Part shown: in pieces, positions 1 to 7,042 of the stretch | How the letters are laid out: each line of letters starts with the position of its first letter | Numbering within the stretch: position 1 is the first letter of the stretch | Assembly (NCBI GenBank): GCA_035297365.1 | Contig: DATGZA010000025.1 | Location: 1-10,037, forward strand | Reading direction: 5' to 3' | Source of the DNA: Nitrososphaeraceae archaeon | GTDB taxonomy: Archaea; Thermoproteota; Nitrososphaeria; Nitrososphaerales; Nitrososphaeraceae | DNA length: 10,037 nt | Notes under the pieces: model-generated | Seen by the model: only the letters and a program-made list of their open reading frames with translations | Databases searched by the model: none | Told to the model about the DNA's origin: nothing | Translations under genes and position numbers: made by a program

Positions 1-23
1 ATGTTCCATATTTTTCAGCAATT

Positions 24-1058
24 ATGATTCTAGTAATAACAATAAGTCTTCATTTCTCTTTAAATAACATTAATCCATTAGCATATAGCATGGATACCAA
101 TAACTATCCTACTGTAGAAAATAATACTAAATTATTTTTAGAAAAGCTACAACAAAGTGGTGGTCCTCCACTCTATACTTTGACGCCCACAGAGGCTCGT
201 AATGTACTGTCTGGAGTTCAGGCAGGTCAGATAGAAAAACTTCCAGCAGAAATAGAAAACAAAACTATTCCGGGGGGTCCTAATGGTGAAATTTCTATTC
301 AGATAGTCAAACCCCAAGGTAGTCGCAATGAAACTCTCCCTGTTGTAATATACACCCATGGTGGTGGATGGGTACTAGGTGGTTTTGATACTCATGAGAG
401 ATTGTTAAGGGAACTTGCTAATGGCGCACATGCAGCAATTGTATTTGTCAACTATACGCTCTCTCCTGAAGCAAAATATCCACAATCGGTAGAAGAAGCA
501 TATGCTGCTACAAAATGGATTTCAGAGAATGGTCAAAGCCTTAATTTAGATTCTTCACGTTTAGTAGTAGCAGGTGATAGTGTAGGGGGCAATATGGCTA
601 CTGTAGTTGCATTACTTGCAAAAGAGCGTGGCGGACCTGCCATTATATTCCAAATGCTATTTTATCCAGTTACAGATGCGAACTTTAACACTTCTTCATA
701 TAATACATATCAAGAAGGATACTTTCTTACGCGTGAGAATATGAAATGGTTTTGGGATAATTATGCTTCAAACGATACTAATAGAAAAGAACCAACTGTT
801 TCTCCACTACAAGCATCAATTGAGCAGCTTAGTGGATTACCACCTACACTAATCATAGTAGGAGAAAATGATGTTCTACGTGATGAAGGTGAAGCATATG
901 CTCATAAACTCATGCAGGCTGGCGTTCCAACCACAGCAATTCGCTACCTTGGTACTATTCATGACTTTATGATGCTTAATCCAATTACTGATACTCCTGC
1001 AGCAAGAGGTGCAATAGATCAGGCTTCTCATATACTTAAAGAAGTATTATCAAAGTAG
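24..1058 (+). CDS. Alpha/beta-hydrolase, hormone-sensitive-lipase (HSL, family IV) esterase/lipase, probably with an N-terminal signal peptide; true start may lie upstream of the window
   Basis: HGGGW oxyanion motif, nucleophile motif GDSVGG, acid residue in ENDVLRDEG, catalytic His in TIHDF. The frame is open to the window edge (3-23 reads VPYFSAI). Confidence 0.93.
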   Translation: MILVITISLHFSLNNINPLAYSMDTNNYPTVENNTKLFLEKLQQSGGPPLYTLTPTEARNVLSGVQAGQIEKLPAEIENKTIPGGPNGEISIQIVKPQGSRNETLPVVIYTHGGGWVLGGFDTHERLLRELANGAHAAIVFVNYTLSPEAKYPQSVEEAYAATKWISENGQSLNLDSSRLVVAGDSVGGNMATVVALLAKERGGPAIIFQMLFYPVTDANFNTSSYNTYQEGYFLTRENMKWFWDNYASNDTNRKEPTVSPLQASIEQLSGLPPTLIIVGENDVLRDEGEAYAHKLMQAGVPTTAIRYLGTIHDFMMLNPITDTPAARGAIDQASHILKEVLSK

Positions 1059-1147
1059 AGAAACCCCATATCCATTTTAATTATTAAAAATACATGTTCT
1101 AGGAATATATATTATATTTTAAAAGTTTAATTGTTTATAATGATGTT

Positions 1148-1437
1148 TTAAATCTTGATAATTTGAATTCCACCTACGGCGAGTAAAGATGATACTACTA
1201 TTGGTATTTTTTGTATATCTTTTTACTCTTTTAAATTGGTGTAAATTTTTTTAATTTATTAGATTTATCATCTATTGGAATTAATATACTGTTACTGTCA
1301 AAAGAAACATACTTCAATATAAGATTCTTTTTCTCAGGATCTAATTTGCTAGTCTGGATATCTGTGAACTGTTCAAAGGTTTTAATACTTTCTTTTATTT
1401 TATCTTGGGCAACTGTTATTATATAAATAAAATTATA
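1148..1437 (-). pseudogene. Possible degraded ORF with weak receiver-domain-like tail
   Basis: Open minus-strand frame 1437-1231 with no ATG (..QDKIKESIKTFEQFTDIQTSKLDPEKKNLILKYVSFDSNSILIPIDDKSNKLKK..). A second frame near the T7 run at 1246-1252 reads IYTNLKE*KDIQKIPIVVSSLLAVGG. Confidence 0.2.
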
Positions 1438-1488
1438 TCAATAAGAAATTTTATAGATATAATTTTCTTGCTTAATATTTCAGAATAT

Positions 1489-1518
1489 TATGTTTAAATT
1501 GATATGTTTAAATTGATA
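1489..1518. repeat. 14-bp tandem duplication TATGTTTAAATTGA x2 (+TA)
   Basis: Exact copies at 1489-1502 and 1503-1516. Confidence 0.9.
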
Positions 1519-1746
1519 CTAAATATCATTTATATTCATTATAGCAGATATTCAGCATTAACCGAATTCTAGTTCTATTTAATTTATAATGCATATATCT
1601 ATTTGTACCTATCTCCTTCAATTTTGTAACCATCAAATTTATTAATTTTATATTTCTGAAACAATATTCAATATTGTAGTAATGAATTTTCATCAGTGAC
1701 GGATATTTTCTATAATTAGTTAGAAAATTATGTAGTTAATAATTGA

Positions 1747-3207
1747 TTATAACATATATACAACATCTGATGAGTTAGTGGGATAGGAATACAATATAGG
1801 ATTTTTAAGATCCTTTGCAGTTAGCCCTTGTCGAATAGCTAAAGAGAAAATGTTAATGACTTCTTCAGCATGTGGACCAAGTATGTGAGCCCCTAAAATT
1901 CGATCAGTATCTTTCTCAATTAATACTTTAAATCCTGAACAAGTCTCCCCTACTCTTTTTGATGATGCCCAGCTATCTGTTTTTTCGTGGTTGGTTCTAA
2001 ATTGTAATCCTCTTTGTGTAGCTTCTTTTTCCTGCATGCCTACCGAGGTTAAAGGTGGAATAGTAAAGACAACACTAGGCAAGCCAGCATAGTTTGTTTT
2101 AAGAGTATTTCCATTGATTAAATTATTTGCTACTATAGCACCTTCATAACTTGCTACAGGAGTTAATGGCAGGCCTCCACTGTCTGCAACATCGCCTGCT
2201 GCATATACAGATGGATTTGAGACACTTTGAAGATATTCATTTACTTTTATACCTCTACGCTCAGTATGTTCTATATTACCTGTAATCAGATTTAATCCTT
2301 CAATATTTGGTATCCTGCCAGCTCCATGTACTACCAAGTCAGCTTCCTCTGTTTGTTCGTCTGAACTCGTTTTTTCCTCTGCAGTAGTAGTAATTATAAA
2401 AGTGTCTGAAACATTACTACTAGAATGTTCAACTCTTAATTTACCATCAGACATTCTATCGATTTTCTTGACTGTTCTCCCAATTTGAACATCTATTCCA
2501 ATATCTCTAGAACGTTTGACCAATTGATTCACAAGGTCTGGATCAAAGTGCTCTAAAGGTTGTTTGCCTCGATGTAAAATAGTAATCTTCTTAACTCCTG
2601 CACGAGCAGCAATATGTGCAAATTCAAACGAGATATATCCACCTCCCACAAATACTATTCTATCAGGTAAATGATCTTCACCAAACTCTAGGAAACCATC
2701 ACTCGTAATAATGTTCTTGGATCCAGGAATGTTCAGATCCATAGGTTTTGCTCCGGTTGCGATTAGAATATTTTTACTATTAAGAACAGTAGTTTTCTTA
2801 TTATTATCATTATTATTATTTTCTTCAACTTGAATGTTATTTCTGCCAATGAACTTGGCATGACCATGAAATACATTGATTCCAGCTTTGATGTAACCAT
2901 TTTCTCTATGTTCAGGAAAAGGTTCAGTAAAAGTACTTTTGAAACGTATCAAATCAGACCATTTTATATGTATTTCATGTGAACCAACTATACCTTTATT
3001 CTCATGCCTCAGATTTGAGTCAACAATCTTGGCTGCCTCCACTAACACTTTCTTAGGATCGCATCCCCGCAAGGCACATGTGCCTCCAAATGGTAATGAA
3101 TCTATTATCGCTACACTCCATCCTTTCGAACGACATTCATGAGCAGCTGCTGATGCTGCTGATCCTGTTCCTATAACTATTAAATCAAATACACTTTCAC
3201 TATTCAT
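1747..3207 (-). CDS. Pyridine nucleotide-disulfide oxidoreductase, class I (glutathione reductase/dihydrolipoamide dehydrogenase superfamily); substrate unknown
   Basis: FAD-binding GTGSAA, redox-active GGTCALRGCDPKK, IATGAKP, NAD(P)H-binding GGGYIS, AAGD, and dimerisation domain ILGAHILG. Start placed at ATG 3207 (MNSESVF) rather than 3225 because a TTTTATAT box lies ~24-31 nt upstream of 3207. Confidence 0.93.
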   Translation of the reverse strand: MNSESVFDLIVIGTGSAASAAAHECRSKGWSVAIIDSLPFGGTCALRGCDPKKVLVEAAKIVDSNLRHENKGIVGSHEIHIKWSDLIRFKSTFTEPFPEHRENGYIKAGINVFHGHAKFIGRNNIQVEENNNNDNNKKTTVLNSKNILIATGAKPMDLNIPGSKNIITSDGFLEFGEDHLPDRIVFVGGGYISFEFAHIAARAGVKKITILHRGKQPLEHFDPDLVNQLVKRSRDIGIDVQIGRTVKKIDRMSDGKLRVEHSSSNVSDTFIITTTAEEKTSSDEQTEEADLVVHGAGRIPNIEGLNLITGNIEHTERRGIKVNEYLQSVSNPSVYAAGDVADSGGLPLTPVASYEGAIVANNLINGNTLKTNYAGLPSVVFTIPPLTSVGMQEKEATQRGLQFRTNHEKTDSWASSKRVGETCSGFKVLIEKDTDRILGAHILGPHAEEVINIFSLAIRQGLTAKDLKNPILYSYPTNSSDVVYML

Positions 3208-3242
3208 TCTATAATATAAGTTCATAGAAAATATAAAAATAC
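3208..3242. promoter_or_regulatory. Compact divergent archaeal promoter region with TATA-like boxes on both strands
   Basis: Minus-strand TTTTATAT at 3238-3231 upstream of ATG 3207; plus-strand TATAATATAA at 3210-3219 upstream of TTG 3243. Spacing fits leaderless transcripts, but the background is AT-rich. Confidence 0.4.
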
Positions 3243-3473
3243 TTGTTATCTCTACTTAAATCTAAAGAAGTAAAAGACTTAGAGTTGGGAAATACAACAA
3301 TAGAGGTTCTAAAATACATTGCAGTAAACCCTTCGACTTCTTTCTACGATTGTTACAAATACATGAAAAATAAATATATTTTAAAGAACAAAACAATAAC
3401 GTATAAAACTGTCCATTTCAAAGTACATAAGTTGCTTCAATTATGCTCTAGTAATCCACTAATATTTTTTTAA
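3243..3473 (+). CDS. Small winged-helix-like protein, probably C-terminally truncated
   Basis: Helix pattern IEVLKYIAVNPSTSFYDCYKYM...ITYKTVHFKVHKLLQL resembles wHTH helices 1-3. The expected wing is absent. Confidence 0.45.
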   Translation: MLSLLKSKEVKDLELGNTTIEVLKYIAVNPSTSFYDCYKYMKNKYILKNKTITYKTVHFKVHKLLQLCSSNPLIFF

Positions 3474-3592
3474 TTACTTTTTTCTAGATTAGTTACTAAT
3501 TTTAATTGATAAATTGTCTTTCAATATTAGTTAAGTTTTAAATCAAATCAAGTTATTTATTATTTGTTAAATTTGTTCTTTGTACGCGTTGC

Positions 3593-4030
3593 TTATTCAA
3601 ATTCTCGATGATGTTCAAATTTAGTATGATTTTTGAGCAAATCTATTAATGGTCCTTTAATTTCTTTAACATTCTGTTTAAATAAAATCATTTCCTTACC
3701 TTCTGCTATGCAATAGATATTTACCTTCCATTTATCATCATCAGGATTTGGAAAATCAAACCGGTAATTAGCTCCTCTGCTCTCTTGTCGCATAAGCGCA
3801 CTTTTTATTATGATCTCACAAATAACCAATGCCGACTTTACTTCCCAAGTTAAAACAATATTTTTATCATCAATTTTAAATTCTTTTATTATTTTATCGT
3901 TAGAATAAAACTCTTTTTTTAATTCTAAAATTCTTTTTAACCTCTTTTGAGCTTTGTCTGTTCCCTTATTATTCCAGCATTCTGTTTCATTAATTCTTGT
4001 ATTTCATTGAGAAACATAATTGGTTCCTTA
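3593..4030 (-). pseudogene. C-terminal remnant of a succinate dehydrogenase/fumarate reductase/L-aspartate oxidase-type flavoprotein
   Basis: Reads EPIMFLNEIQELMKQNAGIIREQTKL, a frameshift near 3940-3950, then LKRILELKKEF...WEVKSALVICEIIIKSALMRQESRGANYRFDFPNPDDDKW. This matches the helical domain and ESRGAHYRxDFP motif (His replaced by Asn). The FAD-binding domain is absent. Confidence 0.85.
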
Positions 4031-4249
4031 ACTATAAAGATAATTCTATTTGTTGAAAAAATATTTTAATATTTAAGGATTAAAAATTTTTTTATGGTAA
4101 TCAACTCATTACATTATAAAAATTTGATAGAGATAATATCATGCATTAAAGAGATAGTTGTGAAACTGTTACTACGAAAAAAGCGTCGTAGAAAAGGTCT
4201 AACCAGGTCGCATTACTTTCTTCTTTTTTATTTTTTATCTTGATTTTTT

Positions 4250-4280
4250 CAATTTGAATTAAATAGTATTATTCAAATTG
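4250..4280. repeat. Perfect 10-bp inverted repeat CAATTTGAAT-N11-ATTCAAATTG downstream of the cyclase gene
   Basis: Arms at 4250-4259 and 4271-4280, about 50 nt past the stop at 4331. Function (terminator, stabiliser or operator) is not determinable. Confidence 0.6.
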
Positions 4281-4330
4281 TTATTCTTCTGATGATATTC
4301 TTTGAACTGAGAAGAAGTAAGTCTTTTAAT

Positions 4331-5101
4331 CTAGAACTTATTATTTTTGCCAATTAACTCATAAACATATTTAACATGTTCATAAGTTTTCAATCTCTTT
4401 TCTTCTGCTATTGTTATTTTTTTAGTTCTAAATATATTATTGTTGGTTATCTTTCTCATTTCATTATTAAACTCTTTTGAGATGATAATTTGATCATTAT
4501 CAGCAAAGCCCTCAAGTCTGCTACAGAAATTAACATCATCTCCGATAGCAGTAATCTGGCTTCTTAGAGGAGAATACCAATATCCAAACAATACTTCACC
4601 AAAATGAATAGCACATTTCAAATTTATATTGGTAGTAGGCTTGTAATCATAATGAGAATATAAAATTTTCATATGTTTTTCCTTGATTTTTATAAAATTC
4701 ACCTTAAACTCTAATGCAGCGTTCATTGCATTTGAATAAACTATATCAAATTTTTTATCTTGGTAACCAAAGTAAGCAAAAATTCCATCGCCTATAAATT
4801 TGTCCAATATTCCATTATATTTTTTAATCACTCTTGTTGCTTCACTATAATAATCTCTTAACAAGTATTCTACTTCTTCAAAGATAGGACCTTGTATTTT
4901 CAGTCTTTTTTTCAGTAATGCTTTTAATTCTTTAATTAAGGCAGAAAATTTACTTATATCCCAAAATACAATAATCAATTTATTGATGTTAATTCCATCT
5001 AATTTTAATTCTTTAATATGTTTATATATGAATAGATCAAAGTACATGCCTAATTGTTCCTTAGAATAAGGTTCATTATCTGTAATATTCTGATTAGCCA
5101 T
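4331..5101 (-). CDS. Class III adenylate cyclase, stand-alone catalytic domain (Lys/Thr specificity pair)
   Basis: Metal Asp48 (VFWDISKFS) and Asp105 (LDKFIGDG), adenine-specifying Lys101, Thr184 (QITAIG), transition-state Asn191/Arg195 (VNFCSRLE). Confidence 0.92.
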   Translation of the reverse strand: MANQNITDNEPYSKEQLGMYFDLFIYKHIKELKLDGININKLIIVFWDISKFSALIKELKALLKKRLKIQGPIFEEVEYLLRDYYSEATRVIKKYNGILDKFIGDGIFAYFGYQDKKFDIVYSNAMNAALEFKVNFIKIKEKHMKILYSHYDYKPTTNINLKCAIHFGEVLFGYWYSPLRSQITAIGDDVNFCSRLEGFADNDQIIISKEFNNEMRKITNNNIFRTKKITIAEEKRLKTYEHVKYVYELIGKNNKF

Positions 5102-5108
5102 TATATTT

Positions 5109-5117
5109 GCACTCCTT
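5109..5117 (-). promoter_or_regulatory. Shine-Dalgarno-like site coupling the cupredoxin stop to the cyclase start
   Basis: Minus strand reads TAAGGAGTGCAAATATA-ATG; GGAGTG follows the upstream TAA in a 14-nt gap. Confidence 0.6.
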
Positions 5118-5523
5118 ATTTATTTTGATCTAGAAAATTTAACAGATTTGGAGTTCTGATATTATATATCTTATTAAGGCATCTTAATCTTTGAATATTG
5201 CTCATATTTTTATAGTCATCAGCAGTAAAAATAGTAATACTATTAACTTCCATTCTATGTATTTTACATACATAATCAATTCGTTCATAATTATAATTAA
5301 ACGTTATTTCTCCTACTTCTCCTGAGTTTAAATAAAGTCTTTCATTTAATAGTTCAATATTTGTCGGGTTTGGATCAATTTTAATAAAGTATAGATTGTG
5401 AGGTTTACTATCTGTATTAATCCATCTAATGGTATCTCCTTTTTGAATTTTGACGGTTTGTGGAATATAATTTCTAATAGACTCATTAGGTTGAAATTGT
5501 GGAATAATTACCTGCTTTTTCAT
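5116..5523 (-). CDS. Cupredoxin (plastocyanin/amicyanin-like) domain protein with no signal peptide and a ~35-aa C-terminal extension
   Basis: YIPQTVKIQKGDTIRWINTDSKPHNL (His42) and YVCKIHRME (Cys86, His89, Met91/Glu92) match the type-1 copper fold. Confidence 0.85.
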   Translation of the reverse strand: MKKQVIIPQFQPNESIRNYIPQTVKIQKGDTIRWINTDSKPHNLYFIKIDPNPTNIELLNERLYLNSGEVGEITFNYNYERIDYVCKIHRMEVNSITIFTADDYKNMSNIQRLRCLNKIYNIRTPNLLNFLDQNK

Positions 5524-5594
5524 TACTATTATGTAATTATATCATATAAGATATATTAATAAAGTAAATTATTTGGTCCCACTTTATAGAAGAA

Positions 5595-5614
5595 TTCAAA
5601 TCCCACGGATTCCA
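5595..5614 (+). other. tRNA 3'-end-like fragment (possible att scar)
   Basis: TTCAAAT-CCCAC-GGATTCC-A has the length and order of T-loop, T-stem 3' strand, acceptor 3' strand and discriminator. No 5' half is present. Confidence 0.3.
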
Positions 5615-6159
5615 TTTGGATTGGGGTTTACATTATTTCATTCTAATAATGATATAATGAAATTTCTTCTATTATTGTAACAATCATGTTTTTATCAAAT
5701 ACAAATTCTGTGCATTGTATAATAAAACTTTAATAATTCAACTGACCCCTTATACTATATGGGCCCAGTGGTTTCCGTTGATATTACTACTAAAAATGGA
5801 TTCAAATTAATTATAGATTATTGTAAACTATAAACATTTCTATTTCCGAAAACTATTAACTCATAGGTTATAATTAGTTTTTTACTCCTCCAATAATGAC
5901 CATCAACAGGTCAGTACTGGATCAGTTATAATATTTTCAATACTATTATTATAGTCTATTTTAAGAGATTTTTTTTCTTATAAGAATTATATATCCTAGA
6001 TACGGTAATAATATTATGGTTTGGCCTATCTTCACAATAACAATAATTTAATTAAAAATAAGACGTCATAGCCAATAGGTCAATCGAGATAGAGTTCAAC
6101 ATAAAAAAATTAAAACAAAATTTTATATATCTGTCTAATTTTTAGTAAATTTCAAAAAT

Positions 6160-6318
6160 TCATCTCATTATCTGCCACGAATTTTGTAGATTATCGTTCC
6201 TGTTAATGTCTTGATGCTGATACCCTCGTAGAAGACATTTTGTCCCTTGAATCACATACTTGTCGGTTATTTTGAAACTAACAACGCATATACCATTGAA
6301 ATAAATGCCATTAATCAT
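6160..6318 (-). CDS. Small hypothetical ORF (52 aa) or gene remnant
   Basis: MINGIYFNGICVVSFKITDKYVIQGTKCLLRGYQHQDINRNDNLQNSWQIMR; starts 28 nt downstream of the 51-aa ORF. Confidence 0.2.
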   Translation of the reverse strand: MINGIYFNGICVVSFKITDKYVIQGTKCLLRGYQHQDINRNDNLQNSWQIMR

Positions 6319-6346
6319 AGAAATCCTAATGTTGAAATTTGTTGTC

Positions 6347-6502
6347 CTATCTAGCTCTTATAGGTTCGTCTTCTATAATATCTAACCCATAGACAGAAGC
6401 AATTATTGCCTTAGCCTTATTATAGGATTCAGATGTACTATTTAGCTTTTGCCTTTCTTTGCTCTGATCCTTTTTTATCTTAGGACGATGAGTTATTCTC
6501 AT
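6347..6502 (-). CDS. Small hypothetical protein (51 aa)
   Basis: MRITHRPKIKKDQSKERQKLNSTSESYNKAKAIIASVYGLDIIEDEPIRAR; protein-like composition and an ATATTAAT TATA-like box ~21-28 nt upstream of the ATG. Confidence 0.45.
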   Translation of the reverse strand: MRITHRPKIKKDQSKERQKLNSTSESYNKAKAIIASVYGLDIIEDEPIRAR

Positions 6503-6584
6503 AATAATAATAAGACATTATCATTAATATGTGTTGTACAACATACTTCCAAAATAATGGTATTAATATATTTATTATTGATTG

Positions 6585-6601
6585 CTAAAAGTTACTTTTA
6601 G
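6585..6601. promoter_or_regulatory. Perfect palindrome CTAAAAGT-T-ACTTTTAG, candidate operator
   Basis: 8-bp arms with a 1-nt centre, ~83 nt upstream of the 6502 start. Confidence 0.4.
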
Positions 6602-6728
6602 GCATATATGTCGGTTTACTATAACTTTTATATATTTTTAAGTACTCGTGACGTACATTAATATATTGAGGTAAATAAGTATTTTATTTTTTCTATTAAT
6701 AAAAGTTGACGAAAAATTACCTATAATA

Positions 6729-6881
6729 TTAGGAATCTAATTCAGGCACTTTCGTAAAAGAGAAATCATGTTCCTCGAGTAATTCATTCAGTATTGTAAT
6801 TATGATAATGGGTATGAATATTATGAATGCCTCTAGAGAGATGACAGATGTTATATGATGATAAGATTCTTTTAGGTTCAT
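6729..6881 (-). CDS. Small putative single-pass membrane protein (50 aa)
   Basis: MNLKESYHHITSVISLEAFIIFIPIIIITILNELLEEHDFSFTKVPELDS; hydrophobic segment followed by an acidic tail; ATGA overlap with the upstream ORF. Confidence 0.3.
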   Translation of the reverse strand: MNLKESYHHITSVISLEAFIIFIPIIIITILNELLEEHDFSFTKVPELDS

Positions 6882-7042
6882 TCCATTCTCTGAAATAAGT
6901 TAAACCGTTGGAAGTGGTGTAAAGGAATATCAGAAAAGTAGGGGTAAATAATGCATCTCCTGTTATTGTACACTATTTTTAGATAAAAATTTAAGTCACT
7001 ATATATAGACTTTAGAATTTTTTCTTGCTGTTCATTGAACAT
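6878..7042 (-). CDS. Small hypothetical ORF (54 aa)
   Basis: MFNEQQEKILKSIYSDLNFYLKIVYNNRRCIIYPYFSDIPLHHFQRFNLFQRME; frame is open upstream to ~7118; stop overlaps the next ATG. Confidence 0.25.
   Translation of the reverse strand: MFNEQQEKILKSIYSDLNFYLKIVYNNRRCIIYPYFSDIPLHHFQRFNLFQRME

Noticed and set aside
147-359. 70-aa minus-strand ORF
   Set aside because: Antisense shadow inside the well-supported esterase; no motifs.
2939-3142. 67-aa plus-strand ORF
   Set aside because: Antisense shadow inside the disulfide oxidoreductase.
1747-3207. Assignment as merA, lpdA or gor
   Set aside because: No NmerA domain or C-terminal CC, and no HPTxxE, so no specific symbol is supportable.
3208-3225. 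ORF-track start at 3225 for the reductase
   Set aside because: It would lie only ~6 nt from the TATA-like box; ATG 3207 gives normal spacing and N-terminal length.
5101-5118. Cupredoxin and cyclase as one gene split by a nonsense mutation
   Set aside because: The two ORFs are in different frames and an SD-like motif precedes the cyclase ATG, favouring two coupled genes. An ancestral fusion is not excluded.
4331-5523. Pycsar or CBASS-type anti-phage cyclase system
   Set aside because: The cyclase has adenine-type specificity residues, is not a CD-NTase, and has no adjacent cNMP-binding TM/TIR or other effector gene.
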